A DNA stretch of 64,000 bases from an uncultured Lachnospiraceae bacterium (GTDB lineage: Bacteria > Bacillota > Clostridia > Lachnospirales > Lachnospiraceae): contig CANQPM010000016.1 of assembly GCA_947625775.1 (NCBI GenBank), positions 5,963-69,962 of the forward strand, read 5' to 3'. Position 1 is the first letter of the stretch, and each line of letters starts with the position of its first letter. A model generated the notes under the pieces. It was not told the origin of the DNA and did not search any database. It worked only from the letters and a program-made list of their open reading frames with translations. This document shows, one piece after another, positions 10,230 to 20,642 of this stretch. A program made the translations under genes and the position numbers.

Positions 10230-10259
10230 CTTAGTGTAAGAAGATAGGGAGGCGAATAT

Positions 10260-10904
10260 ATGGAAAGGGCGCAGGCGGTTTTGTTTGATTTGGACGGAAC
10301 TTTATGGAACGCCGTGGAGGAGATTTGTTATACATGGAATGAAGTAGTGAAGAAAAATCCGGACAGCAGGGAAACACTGATCTCCATTGAGGAGATGGGT
10401 GAGTGTCTGGGACTTCCTATGACTAAGATAGCGGAGAAGCTTTTTCCTAAGGCTTCAAAGGAGCGGCAGCTTGAGCTTTTAGAGGAGTGCAGCAGCGTTG
10501 AAAACGAGTACCTGCGTACGCACGGCGCAAAGCTTTATCCAAAGCTTAGGGAGACGCTTTTGGAGCTGAAAAAGGACTATAAGCTTTTTGTGGTGAGCAA
10601 CTGCCAGCAGGGGTATATCGAGAGCTTTATCGAGGCGCACGGGCTTTCGGACTGTTTTGACGACATCGAGTGCTGGGGCAATAACCAGCTTCCCAAGGGC
10701 GAAAACAATAAGCTTATAATGAAGCGCAACAACGTAGAGCGCGCTGTCTATGTAGGCGATACGGCGGGCGATGAGGAGTCCGCAAGAGTAGCAAAGATAC
10801 CGTTTGTCTTTGCTGAGTATGGCTTTGGCAAGGCAAAAGCGCCCGACTATGTACTGAAGGAGTTTGCGCAGCTCCCCGAGCTTATGAAGACGGTTTCTTT
10901 TTAA
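10260..10904 (+). CDS. HAD family hydrolase (phosphoglycolate phosphatase-like)
   Basis: HAD motif I LFDLDGTLW, later VSNC and VGDTAGD motifs; GGGAGG RBS. Confidence 0.8.
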   Translation: MERAQAVLFDLDGTLWNAVEEICYTWNEVVKKNPDSRETLISIEEMGECLGLPMTKIAEKLFPKASKERQLELLEECSSVENEYLRTHGAKLYPKLRETLLELKKDYKLFVVSNCQQGYIESFIEAHGLSDCFDDIECWGNNQLPKGENNKLIMKRNNVERAVYVGDTAGDEESARVAKIPFVFAEYGFGKAKAPDYVLKEFAQLPELMKTVSF

Positions 10905-10919
10905 AAAGTTACAGGAGTA

Positions 10920-11327
10920 ATGAAATATATGACATACAAGGAAATATTGGATCAAATGTATAAAACGCCCGCGTTCATCCCGTTTCTCGGCATAAACATC
11001 ACGGAGCTTGATTCGGGTTACTGTAAGGGCGAGATGGAGCTAAAGCCCGAGCACTTAAATCCGCTCGGAATGGCTCACGGCGGCTGCGTGTTTTCACTTG
11101 CTGATACAATCGGCGGCCTTGCGGCAATATCGCACAATCCCGAGGCGACGGTAGTGACAGTCAGCAGCAACATAAACTACCTGCGCCCCGCCGAGAACAC
11201 GGCAAAGCTTATCGCTCAGTCACGCGAGATAAAATACGGCAGCAAAGTAGCCGTCTACGAGGTAAACGTCACCAGTGACGATGGCACGCTGCTTGCAAGT
11301 GCGGTTAATAACTATTTTATATTGTAA
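10920..11327 (+). CDS. PaaI-family hotdog-fold thioesterase
   Basis: 135 aa with LNPLGMAHGGCVFSLADT, characteristic of PaaI/YdiI thioesterases. Confidence 0.75.
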   Translation: MKYMTYKEILDQMYKTPAFIPFLGINITELDSGYCKGEMELKPEHLNPLGMAHGGCVFSLADTIGGLAAISHNPEATVVTVSSNINYLRPAENTAKLIAQSREIKYGSKVAVYEVNVTSDDGTLLASAVNNYFIL

Positions 11328-11405
11328 AGCGGCATAAAAAGGCGGACAGATATGTAAATAATTAAATGTGACTTAAATCTGCGCACTTGAACAGGGGGAT
11401 GCTTT

Positions 11406-12257
11406 GTGAATCCGATGATTAAATACAGAGGCGGAAAATCAAAAGAGATAGCGCACTTTATAAATAATATGCCTGAAAAATATTCAAGATATATAGAGCC
11501 GTTTTTTGGAGGCGGGGCATTATACTTTTATCTTCAGCCCCAAAATGCGATTATAAATGATATAAATTGCAGACTGTATGGTTTTTATAGGGAAATGAAG
11601 GAAAAATACCCCAAGGCAAGGCTGCAGCTGGATCAGCTTCAGGGTGAATATGAAAAAAACCAAAAGGATTATGAAGAATTAAAAGCAAAAGATCCGAATG
11701 GATATGCTGAAAATAGAAATGAAGCGCTGTATTATCAGATGCGAGATGCCTTTAACCATAAGATAGATACAGAGTATCTTGAATCAGTGGTGTATTTTTT
11801 TATCAATAAAACGGCATATTCAGGCATGATAAGATATAATGCAAATGGTGAATATAATGTGCCGTTCGGAAGATATAAGAACTTTAATACAAAGCTTATA
11901 ACAGAGGAGCATTTTAAGCTCCTGCAGAATGCGGAAATTTATAATTACGATTATTCGAGGGTTTTTGATATGGCGGATAATGATGACTTCATATTTTTGG
12001 ATCCGCCGTATGATTGTATTTTCAGCGATTATGGGAATGAGAATTATAAAGAAGGGTTTGGAGAAGAAGAACATAGGCGGTTAGCTAATGATTTCAAAAA
12101 TCTGCCCTGCAAGGCACTGCTGGTTATTGGCAAAACAAAACTGACGGAAGAATTATATGGCAATTATATTGTTGAAGAATATGATAAATCATATGCCGTT
12201 AATATTAGAAACCGGTTTAAGGCAGATGCAAAGCATATTATAGTGACAAACTATTAG
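11406..12257 (+). CDS. Dam-class (D12) DNA adenine N6-methyltransferase
   Basis: KYRGGKSK N-terminus, AdoMet motif EPFFGGGALYF, catalytic DPPY; AT-rich relative to neighbours. Confidence 0.85.
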   Translation: MNPMIKYRGGKSKEIAHFINNMPEKYSRYIEPFFGGGALYFYLQPQNAIINDINCRLYGFYREMKEKYPKARLQLDQLQGEYEKNQKDYEELKAKDPNGYAENRNEALYYQMRDAFNHKIDTEYLESVVYFFINKTAYSGMIRYNANGEYNVPFGRYKNFNTKLITEEHFKLLQNAEIYNYDYSRVFDMADNDDFIFLDPPYDCIFSDYGNENYKEGFGEEEHRRLANDFKNLPCKALLVIGKTKLTEELYGNYIVEEYDKSYAVNIRNRFKADAKHIIVTNY

Positions 12258-12258
12258 A

Positions 12259-13956
12259 TTGGAGAATCAGGTGGCTTACTTAAAGAGTAAAACATTATTT
12301 TTTACAACATCGCCGAGAACGCCTTTAAAGATGATTCCTGAAATAGAGATTCTTGAGAAGTATTTTGAAGGCGAATTGTGGAATAAGGATACGCAAATAG
12401 AATTTATAAAAAAATTGGCTGATGGAAAGGATTTTCAAGGTGAAGGTTTTGCAAAGGAACTGGCATTTAGCGCACGTGACCGTATTAATCGCGCACCTAA
12501 GGCTTTGGGATTTGTTGACTTGAAACCAAAAATAAGCCTGACACAAGCAGGGAAAAGTTTTATCAGCGGAAAAAGAACAGAGGAAGTGCTGCTGCGCCAA
12601 TTATTAAAGTTTCAGCTCCCGTCGCCGTATCATAAAGAAACCGATGAAATTAAAGGCACATTTGGAGTAAAGCCATATTTGGAAATATTTAGGTTAATTT
12701 ATGAGCTGGGTACATTGAGCTTTGATGAGTTGATGATATTTGGAATGCAGTTGACGCATTACACAAAATACGAATATGTTAAGACAGAAATTAGGCGTTT
12801 TAGAAGGCTGAAGGCATATGGGAAGGGAAGCTATAAAGCGTTCCGAGGCGAATATTTGCGCAGGGAAGTAGAGAAGATATATGAGAATGATATAATTGAG
12901 GGAAAAACAAAAACAAGAGAGTCGGATGATAAGTCATTGGACAAATTTGTAAAAACTAAAGCAGGTAATTTAAGAGACTATGCAGACGCTTGTTTTAGGT
13001 ACTTGCGTGCAACAGGATTAGTTGAAATATCGCAGAGGGGACATTCGCTTTCCATAATGTCGGAAAAGAAAAAAGAGGTGGAGTTTTTCTTAAATAGTAT
13101 AGACAGGGAGCCTGTATACATAAATGATGAGAAGAAATACAAGGAATATTTATTTGACACATCGCTGCCAGTGCTATATTCAGACGACAGAACGCGCTTA
13201 ATGGATCGGGTTTCCGAAATTACGGATTCATTAGAAAAATTGATGGAAAAAACAACAGAGCAATTAAAGGACATTCTTGATGAAAGCGTTCAGAAAAGGA
13301 AAGCGGAAATTCTTAAACGGCAGATCAAAGATTTAAAGGAATATAAAGAATACAATGATGTAATGACAATGTTTAGCGATATTAAATCTAATGCGTTATA
13401 TGATGCCCCATTAATGCTGGAGTGGAATACTTGGCGCGCGATGACTATGCTTGACGGCGGTAACATCAGGGCAAATTTGAGGTTAGATGATAAAGGGCAG
13501 CCGATGTCTACAGCACAAGGAAATATGGCGGATATTGTTTGTGATTACTTTGATTTTTGGCTGGCTGTAGAAGTTACAATGCAAACTGGGCAAAGACAAT
13601 ATGAAATGGAAGGTGAGCCTGTTTCGCGGCATCTTGCTAAATTAAAGAAGGAGACAGGAAAGGAAGCATATTGCTTGTTTATTGCTCCTAAAATTAATGA
13701 GGCATGTATCGCATATTTTTATGCGTTACATACTATGAATATAGCTTTTTATGGCGGGATATCAGTTATAGTGCCTTTGGAATTGGATATTTTTATTAGT
13801 ATGGTAGAACAATCATACGGCATGGGGTATACACCTAATCCGAATCAAGTAAAGGCAATTTTTGAATATTCCATGGAACAGGCTAAAATTTCTAAAGATG
13901 AAAATGAATGGTATGAAAAGGTTAAGAATAAAGCATTAAATTGGTTAAATATATAA
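12259..13956 (+). CDS. AlwI/N.BstNBI/PleI-family type IIS restriction endonuclease
   Basis: Family-typical N-terminus (TSPRTP, LAFSARDRINRAP, LLRQLLKFQLPSPYH). The later blocks NLRDYADACFRYLRATGL, EWNTWRAM and EMEGEPVSRH...YCLFIAPKIN match my recollection of N.BstNBI. Starts 2 nt after the MTase stop. Confidence 0.7.
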   Translation: MENQVAYLKSKTLFFTTSPRTPLKMIPEIEILEKYFEGELWNKDTQIEFIKKLADGKDFQGEGFAKELAFSARDRINRAPKALGFVDLKPKISLTQAGKSFISGKRTEEVLLRQLLKFQLPSPYHKETDEIKGTFGVKPYLEIFRLIYELGTLSFDELMIFGMQLTHYTKYEYVKTEIRRFRRLKAYGKGSYKAFRGEYLRREVEKIYENDIIEGKTKTRESDDKSLDKFVKTKAGNLRDYADACFRYLRATGLVEISQRGHSLSIMSEKKKEVEFFLNSIDREPVYINDEKKYKEYLFDTSLPVLYSDDRTRLMDRVSEITDSLEKLMEKTTEQLKDILDESVQKRKAEILKRQIKDLKEYKEYNDVMTMFSDIKSNALYDAPLMLEWNTWRAMTMLDGGNIRANLRLDDKGQPMSTAQGNMADIVCDYFDFWLAVEVTMQTGQRQYEMEGEPVSRHLAKLKKETGKEAYCLFIAPKINEACIAYFYALHTMNIAFYGGISVIVPLELDIFISMVEQSYGMGYTPNPNQVKAIFEYSMEQAKISKDENEWYEKVKNKALNWLNI

Positions 13957-13967
13957 AATAAAAACAT

Positions 13968-13997
13968 GGGGGCGTTTCCAAATCGGAAACAACCCCC
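13968..13997. terminator. bidirectional terminator hairpin
   Basis: GGGGGCGTTTCC-aaat-CGGAAACAACCCCC between convergent genes (REase + strand, hypothetical - strand). Confidence 0.55.
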
Positions 13998-14011
13998 TAA
14001 TTATTATTCCC

Positions 14012-14695
14012 TTATTCCTCGCCCTTAACAACCACAGTCCCATCCTCAGTAGTAGTAGAGTTGTCAGGCTTTGTCTCCTCTGCCGGCTTGATAAGGTTGT
14101 CAAGCTTTTCAATAACAGAATCATAAGTCCTTTTTGAAATATCAGGCAGTTCGCCGCCCCATGTCTTCTCCGCCTGCTTATAGCCCTTGATAAACGCGTC
14201 ACGCATCTTTTCAAGCGCGCTTGTGTCATCGCCAGCAAGCGCCGTAGCAAACGAAACAATGCGGTCAGAGGTCTGCTTTACGCCCCAGTAGCCGTCCTCG
14301 GAAATAGCCTCCTGCGCCTTCTGCTTTGTCTCAGCGTCAACGGTGAAATTGCCGCTTGCAAGGAAACGCCAGATATTGTTTGCCTTGCCGTACATATCGG
14401 TCTGCGTTGAAAGCATATTATGTACAAGCTCCGTAAGCTGAGCCTGGCGCTTCTCCTGATCCGCCTTTAACTGCGCCACAATCGTCTTCCTGTCGTCTTC
14501 AGAAAGCTTTGACTTGTCATAGACCGCCGCGGTATCGTCCTGCTTGGTGGCAGCGGATTCGGCAGAAGTTTCGCTCTTTTTAGCCTCGCTCTCAGACGCT
14601 TTAGAAGCTGCAGCGCTCTCAACAGCCTGATTCTGCTCGTTTACGGCAGAAGTATTAGTATAAACAGTATCATTAATAGTTGAAATTGTGCTCAT
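14012..14695 (-). CDS. hypothetical acidic protein
   Basis: 227-aa ORF with coding-like composition and a Ser/Ala/Glu-rich N-terminus. I recognise no motif. Confidence 0.5.
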   Translation of the reverse strand: MSTISTINDTVYTNTSAVNEQNQAVESAAASKASESEAKKSETSAESAATKQDDTAAVYDKSKLSEDDRKTIVAQLKADQEKRQAQLTELVHNMLSTQTDMYGKANNIWRFLASGNFTVDAETKQKAQEAISEDGYWGVKQTSDRIVSFATALAGDDTSALEKMRDAFIKGYKQAEKTWGGELPDISKRTYDSVIEKLDNLIKPAEETKPDNSTTTEDGTVVVKGEE

Positions 14696-14988
14696 ATGGT
14701 ATCCCTTCCCTTTCTCAAAAATATAGCCATCCGTGGCTGCGCATTAACATGTTTCTTTGAATTTATATCGTCATTATAACACGAAAACTTTACCAATAAA
14801 AGAAAATTTTTGCTGAAAAAATATTACAAATAGAATATACTTGTATTATGTAAAACTTACAAAAATAGGTGCGGAAACGGAGAAAACATGAAAAAGATAA
14901 AAGACAGGCATTTGAAAAGCTGCTATAAAGGCTGCACATAGCCCATTCAAAGGGAGGACAGTCTAAACAGGCAAATTTCCTCAAAATA

Positions 14989-15017
14989 TTGACTAAATCA
15001 TAAATATTGGATATAAT
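14989..15017 (+). promoter_or_regulatory. sigma-A type promoter candidate for ispE (TTGACT, 17 nt spacer, TATAAT)
   Basis: TTGACT 14989-14994, 17-nt spacer, TATAAT 15012-15017. Confidence 0.5.
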
Positions 15018-15083
15018 CAATTAAAATTGTATTAAAAAAAATACATAAGCGGTAAGCTTGTCTTAATGAAAGGCGGGGGGATA

Positions 15084-15965
15084 ATGGAAACTCTTAAATA
15101 CAAAGCAAGGGCAAAAATCAATCTGGGGATTGACGTAAGGAAACGTCTCAGCAACGGCTATCATGAGGTGAAAATGGTCATGCAGACTGTTGACATATAT
15201 GATGAGCTTGAGTTTAAACAGAGCAGAACCCCGGACATAATATTGTCTGTCGAAAGCCATGATGAGCTCGGCAGCATGCCAAACAACCTCATCTTCAAGG
15301 CGGCAAAGCTTATGAAGGAATACTACAGCATCAAGGGCGGAATAGAAATCCACCTGCGCAAGAGCATTCCTGTAGCCGCGGGCATGGCAGGCGGGAGCAC
15401 AGACGCGGCTGCAACAATGCTTGCGATAAATGAGCTGTTCGGACTGGGGCAAAGCAGGGAAAAGCTGATGGAGCTTGCCCTCCGCTTGGGAGCTGACATT
15501 CCGTACTGCATAATGGGAGGCACGGCGCTTGCCGAAGGCATTGGCGAGAAACTCACGGCTCTCCCAAAGCCGCCAAAGGCATCGCTCTTAGTCGTAAAGC
15601 CGCCGCTGATGGTTGCCACAAAATGGGTATATGACACACTTGACGCGGGAATTATAGAAAACCACCCTGATATAGACGGAATGGTTGAGGCGCTTAAAAA
15701 CAGCGACCTTAAGGGCATAACAAGCCGCATGGGAAATGTGCTTGAAAATGTTACCGAGCGCAAATACAGCATAATTTCAGACATAAAGAATATTATGGCT
15801 GAGAAGGGGGCGCTCAACGCGCTTATGAGCGGAAGCGGACCGAGCGTGTTCGGCGTATATGAAGACGAACAGGAGGCAAAAGCTGCCGCCAAGTACATGA
15901 AAGACACCCTAAAGGACAGGAAAATACGCGCGCAGATATTTGTCACAGAGTTTTACAATGAGTGA
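15084..15965 (+). CDS. ispE: 4-(cytidine 5'-diphospho)-2-C-methyl-D-erythritol kinase
   Basis: KINLGIDV N-terminus and GHMP kinase motif PVAAGMAGGSTDAAA; start at ATG 15084. Confidence 0.9.
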   Translation: METLKYKARAKINLGIDVRKRLSNGYHEVKMVMQTVDIYDELEFKQSRTPDIILSVESHDELGSMPNNLIFKAAKLMKEYYSIKGGIEIHLRKSIPVAAGMAGGSTDAAATMLAINELFGLGQSREKLMELALRLGADIPYCIMGGTALAEGIGEKLTALPKPPKASLLVVKPPLMVATKWVYDTLDAGIIENHPDIDGMVEALKNSDLKGITSRMGNVLENVTERKYSIISDIKNIMAEKGALNALMSGSGPSVFGVYEDEQEAKAAAKYMKDTLKDRKIRAQIFVTEFYNE

Positions 15966-16022
15966 TGCCAAAAAGGGGAAAGCATATTGATTAGAGCCGT
16001 TAATGCGGCATGGGGAATTTTT

Positions 16023-16712
16023 ATGAATAATATTATGAATGATGACGAGTATCTTCCGCTCAGGGACGTGGTGTTCAACACGCTCAGGGAGGAGATACTT
16101 ACAGGAAAAATGAAGCCTGGCGAGCGCCTTATGGAAATACACCTTGCCGATAAGCTCGGAGTGAGCCGCACGCCGATACGCGAGGCAATCCGCAAGCTTG
16201 AGCTTGAAGGGCTTGTCATAATGATACCAAGACGCGGCGCGGAGGTGGCGCAGATTACATGGAAAAGCCTAAAAGACGTGCTGGAGGTAAGGCGCGCCCT
16301 TGACGTGCTTGCGATTGAGCTTGCCTGCGAGCGCATGAGCCGTGATGATATGGAAATGCTTTCGGGCGCCTGCGAGAGCTTTGAGGCCGCGACGCGCACG
16401 AAGGACACGCGCAAGATAGCGGAGGCGGATGTGGGACTCCACGACATCATAGTAGCCTCCACGGGAAACACGCGTCTCATACAGCTTGTAAACAACCTCG
16501 CCGAGCAGATGTACCGCTACCGTTTTGAATACTTAAAAGACGAGAGCAAGCATGGGCTGCTCGTGCAGGAGCATAAGGACATGTACAAAAGCATCGTAAA
16601 CAAGGATAAAGAGTCGGCGGCAGCTGTTGTGCGCAAGCATATTGACAACCAAGAGGAGGCAATAATAAAGCAGCTCCAGCTTGAACGCGAGGAAAGAAAA
16701 GCCAGACGGTGA
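16023..16712 (+). CDS. GntR family transcriptional regulator (FCD effector domain)
   Basis: Winged HTH LADKLGVSRTPIREAIRKLELEGLV followed by a helical FCD-like domain; start chosen at ATG 16023. Confidence 0.85.
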   Translation: MNNIMNDDEYLPLRDVVFNTLREEILTGKMKPGERLMEIHLADKLGVSRTPIREAIRKLELEGLVIMIPRRGAEVAQITWKSLKDVLEVRRALDVLAIELACERMSRDDMEMLSGACESFEAATRTKDTRKIAEADVGLHDIIVASTGNTRLIQLVNNLAEQMYRYRFEYLKDESKHGLLVQEHKDMYKSIVNKDKESAAAVVRKHIDNQEEAIIKQLQLEREERKARR

Positions 16713-16771
16713 ATATTCAGGAAAAAATATGTCCATACTCTGATTATACAAATAAAAAGGAGCAGGACAAA

Positions 16772-16996
16772 ATGAAAAGAATATTGATGGCTTTGGGAGT
16801 TATACTATGGGTGGGCGCGCTGAGCCCCGAAATATTTATGAAATCAGGCGGCGGCTGCATATTTGACGAAAACGGCGAGGCGCTCACGCAGAAAGAGGCT
16901 GACGCGTTTATGGAGGAATATTTCTTTGAGGACAGTGGCGCGCAGACACAGAAAAAGGTGAAATATAAGTTTGCGCTGTCAAAGCTGTTCCAATAG
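16772..16996 (+). CDS. small secreted/membrane hypothetical protein
   Basis: MKRILMALGVILWVGALS signal-like N-terminus after an AAAGGAG RBS; 74 aa. Confidence 0.4.
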   Translation: MKRILMALGVILWVGALSPEIFMKSGGGCIFDENGEALTQKEADAFMEEYFFEDSGAQTQKKVKYKFALSKLFQ

Positions 16997-17044
16997 TAAC
17001 GGCGCGGGCTTAAAATGCAGACGCATCAAGAACGGGAGGTTGGC

Positions 17045-17500
17045 ATGGAAAAAGATGTATTGGTTTCCATAAGAGGACTCCAGTTTGCCGCGGAGGACAT
17101 CGGCTCCTCCGCGGCAGACGAAGACCTTGACAGGCTGGAAACAATCTGCCCAGGGCAGTATTATTTCAAAAACGATGCTCATTATATACTTTACGAGGAG
17201 CTGATAGAAGGCTTTGACGAGCCGATAAAAAATATGATGAAGCTGCGCGAAGGCGAATTTATGCTTACCAAAAAAGGCCCGATTAACGTGCAGATGGTAT
17301 TTTCGGAGGGGCGAAAGACCATGACCGATTACTGCACTCCGTTTGGGAATATCATGGTCGGGATTGAAACGCAGCATGTGGAAACTGTCCAGACGCAGGA
17401 AAGCCTTGATATACATATTGAGTACGCTTTAGAGGCAAACTACCAGTTTGTGGCGGACTGTGACATAGAGATAAAAATAAAAAACGTTGCCCATTCATGA
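17045..17500 (+). CDS. DUF1934 (YwiB-like) family protein
   Basis: ~150-aa beta-rich protein resembling DUF1934 proteins by size and composition (weak recall); GGGAGG RBS before ATG 17045. Confidence 0.5.
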   Translation: MEKDVLVSIRGLQFAAEDIGSSAADEDLDRLETICPGQYYFKNDAHYILYEELIEGFDEPIKNMMKLREGEFMLTKKGPINVQMVFSEGRKTMTDYCTPFGNIMVGIETQHVETVQTQESLDIHIEYALEANYQFVADCDIEIKIKNVAHS

Positions 17501-17525
17501 GGGTAACGTTTTTTACGCTAAATCA

Positions 17526-18239
17526 CTATTGCATAGGCTCCTGCGGATTGTCGCGGCGCACCTCGTCAAGAAGATGCTTCATCCGCCGCTCCATCTCGGA
17601 CAGCTCCGCAGAATATTTTTTGAAATCGTCTGTAGTTTCCTCTGGCGTATCGCCTTTATAGCAGATTCTGTGCTCCATGCTTGCCCAAAAGTCCATTGAC
17701 AATGTCCTAAACTGTATCTCAACAGGGTAATACTGCATGCCCTCGATACGGTACACGGGCACGCCGAGCACCATATGGTAGCTCTTGTAGCCGCTTGACT
17801 TCGGGTAGTGGATATAATCGCTTTCCTTTAAAATAAGCAGGTCAGTCTGTGTCTTTACGAGTGATAATATGTTGAATATATCTTCAATAAAATAACAGAT
17901 TACGCGTATTCCCGCAATGTCTGTCAGGTTATCCTTTGCGGAATATGCCGTGACAGGCAGGTTTCTGTACAAGAGCTTTTTCTCAATGCTCTTTCTGCTC
18001 TTTATGCGCGCCTGAATATTATGTATCGGATAGTCGCGGTATTTTTTTCTGTAGTCCTCGTTTAATCCGTTCATACGCACTTCAAGCCGTGTCATAGCCT
18101 CCCTGTAAGGCTCTACGAGATGGTCGTATTCCTCCTGCGGGATATGCTCGGTATTTATCGTCGGGACATACGCGACAGCTTTTGCTGCCATCATTTCTTT
18201 TAGCACTTCATTTTGGATTTCGTTTATCTTAGCAATCAA
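17526..18239 (-). CDS. small alarmone synthetase (RelP/RelQ-type GTP pyrophosphokinase)
   Basis: RelA/SpoT synthetase motifs DIAGIRVICYF, YKSYHMVLGVPV, VEIQFRTLSMDFWASMEHRICYK. TTG start 8 nt after GGAGG. Confidence 0.8.
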   Translation of the reverse strand: MIAKINEIQNEVLKEMMAAKAVAYVPTINTEHIPQEEYDHLVEPYREAMTRLEVRMNGLNEDYRKKYRDYPIHNIQARIKSRKSIEKKLLYRNLPVTAYSAKDNLTDIAGIRVICYFIEDIFNILSLVKTQTDLLILKESDYIHYPKSSGYKSYHMVLGVPVYRIEGMQYYPVEIQFRTLSMDFWASMEHRICYKGDTPEETTDDFKKYSAELSEMERRMKHLLDEVRRDNPQEPMQ

Positions 18240-18562
18240 ATTAAGTACCTCCTGTTCCTTGTTAGAGCCTATGGTACAGGTTTAGCCAATTACTATAATT
18301 AAACTATAGCTTATATGGAGCACAAAATCAATAAAAATGTGTAAATTTAACAAAAAAATTACATATGTTAATAATTTTTTGTAAATTTTTAAAAATAGGG
18401 TTATTAAGCAGATAAAAAATGCCTTACGCCGACAAAAAAATTTATATATTTTATGAAAATAATATATCTAATATGCGGAATTTATGTTAAAATAAAGAAA
18501 ATATCAATTGTTTTTGTGTAATTGTTTAGGGGAGTCAAAAAAGTGTAAAAAGGAGGCAGCGT

Positions 18563-19579
18563 ATGAAAAAAGTAACGATTCAAGACATTGCGGCGGAATT
18601 AGGGCTTAGCAGGAATACTGTTGCGAAGGCGTTAAACGGCGGAGTAGTGTCGCCGCCGACCAAGCAGGCGGTAATCCAAAAGGCATGGCAGATGGGATAT
18701 GCAAAGCTTGACGAGCGGCTTCTCGACGAGGTTAAGACAAGCTACAGGAGACCGAACACAGGCATAATACTTGTGCTGTCAAACCACAATCAGTCAGTAT
18801 TCTGGAACAAGGTATTGGCGGGCATCAGCACGGCGGTAAGCGACGAGGGGTACCGCATGCAGCTTCATGTAGTTGACGACGAGGATTATGACGGCGAGGG
18901 AGTGCGCAAGCTGATTGCAGATGATGTAAGGGGCATCATCTTTTTGAGCGTATTTCCCATAAGGTTTGTCAAGGGCATAAGCAAGACGGGGCTTCCGCTG
19001 ACGTTTTTCAACAGTCCGGTAAACGCGCAGGAATACATAGAGCTCGGCGATGTCGTAAATGTAGACGGTTTTTATTCAATGAACAGAATGACAAATTATG
19101 TCATAAACAACAAGGGCTGCACAAAGCTCGCCTACATTGGCTACGCGGAGGGCTCGCGCATGGTGCAGGCAAGATATCTTGGCTTTTTAAACGCCTGCAA
19201 CCAGAACTTTATAAATATTGATGAGGCATTGCAGTTTACCCATCCTTCAAATCAGGTGAGCTTCAGCTATGCTATGGTTGAGGAGGTTATCAATAAGCTT
19301 CCGTACATGCCTGACGCCATAATATGCGAAGATGACGACGTGGCAAAAAATGTCGCCCTTGCGCTTTTGCAGAAAGATCCCAAGTATGTCCAGTCTACAG
19401 TGATTACAGGCTTTAACAATGTTATCGAAAAGGACTTTTTCAAGAAGGACATACTGACGGTGGAGGTCAGAATGGAGGAGCTTGGAAAGCGTCTGGTGAA
19501 GTCCGTGATGGACAGGGCTAAAAACCCAAGCATGGATGTTACATTTACTACAATAATAGCATATCCGATATTAAACTGA
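18563..19579 (+). CDS. LacI family transcriptional regulator
   Basis: N-terminal HTH VTIQDIAAELGLSRNTVAKALNG plus a periplasmic-binding-like sugar-sensor body. Confidence 0.85.
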   Translation: MKKVTIQDIAAELGLSRNTVAKALNGGVVSPPTKQAVIQKAWQMGYAKLDERLLDEVKTSYRRPNTGIILVLSNHNQSVFWNKVLAGISTAVSDEGYRMQLHVVDDEDYDGEGVRKLIADDVRGIIFLSVFPIRFVKGISKTGLPLTFFNSPVNAQEYIELGDVVNVDGFYSMNRMTNYVINNKGCTKLAYIGYAEGSRMVQARYLGFLNACNQNFINIDEALQFTHPSNQVSFSYAMVEEVINKLPYMPDAIICEDDDVAKNVALALLQKDPKYVQSTVITGFNNVIEKDFFKKDILTVEVRMEELGKRLVKSVMDRAKNPSMDVTFTTIIAYPILN

Positions 19580-19647
19580 TTTGAAAACTTCATTTGGGAC
19601 AAACTAAAGTTTATGGATAATTTATGCGCCATGGAGGATTAATGATA

Positions 19648-20550
19648 ATGGAGTATAAGATAGTTACGGACGGCTCCTGTGATTTGCCGCCTGAGCTTTG
19701 CAGAGAGAAGGATATTACGGTAGTGCCGTTTTACGTGTCCTTTGACGGTGAAAAGTATGAGAAGGAAATAGTCGAGATGCCAATCAGGAAGTTCTATGAC
19801 AAGATGGTGGCGGAACCTACGACATTCCCCAAATCGTCAATGCCGTCAGTTCAGGATTACGTAGATGCTTTTACGCCTATCCTGCAGGATAACAAAGCGA
19901 TTATCTGCATCTGCATCACGACAAAGTTCAGCGGCTCTATGCAGTCTGCGTTAAACGCAAAGGAGATAGTGCTTGAAAGCTTTCCCGACGCGCGCATTAC
20001 AGTCATTGACGCGACAATCAACACAGTGCTGCAGGGCTTATATGTGCTTGAGGCGGCGAAAATGCATGAGGCAGGCGTGGATTATGACAGGGCTGTCAGT
20101 GAGCTTGAGGCTATAAAGAGCACGGGCAGGATATTCTTTACCGTAGGAAATATCGACTACTTAAAGCACGGCGGCAGGATAGGAAAGCTTGCGGGGCTTG
20201 CGGGCTCCGTGCTCGGCATACGGCCGCTTATCACGCTAAAGGAGGGTGAGATATTTCCATCGGGAATAGCCAGAAGCCGCAGGAAATCCCTTGACAAGGT
20301 TTATGAGCTGCTGCTTGAGTATTTAAAGGAGCTCAATGCAGACTGCGCGGATTACAGCCTTGCCGTTGGCTTTGGCTATGATAAGGACGAGGCTGTGGAG
20401 TTTAGGGACGGCGCTGTTGAGCTTTTAAATTCAAAGGGGTATTCCATTACTAAGGAGGAGCTCCCGATATATCAGATAGGAGCGACAATAAGCGTGCATA
20501 CTGGACCGTATCCGCTTGGGTTTGGCATTATTAAAAAGGCGCGGCTTTAG
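19648..20550 (+). CDS. DegV family fatty-acid-binding protein
   Basis: KIVTDGSCDLP N-terminus, HGGRIGK and ISVHTGP motifs typical of DegV. Confidence 0.85.
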   Translation: MEYKIVTDGSCDLPPELCREKDITVVPFYVSFDGEKYEKEIVEMPIRKFYDKMVAEPTTFPKSSMPSVQDYVDAFTPILQDNKAIICICITTKFSGSMQSALNAKEIVLESFPDARITVIDATINTVLQGLYVLEAAKMHEAGVDYDRAVSELEAIKSTGRIFFTVGNIDYLKHGGRIGKLAGLAGSVLGIRPLITLKEGEIFPSGIARSRRKSLDKVYELLLEYLKELNADCADYSLAVGFGYDKDEAVEFRDGAVELLNSKGYSITKEELPIYQIGATISVHTGPYPLGFGIIKKARL

Positions 20551-20582
20551 ATTGTCAATTTATTAATATCAAAAATAAAAGT

Positions 20583-20613
20583 CCCGACGGTTTGACTTCC
20601 GTCGGGGCTTTTT
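20583..20613. terminator. bidirectional terminator between degV-like gene and MCP gene
   Basis: CCCGACGG-tttgactt-CCGTCGGG followed by GCTTTTT and preceded by AAAA. Confidence 0.65.
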
Positions 20614-20642
20614 GTGTTAAGAGAGCGTTTTTAAATTTAAAA

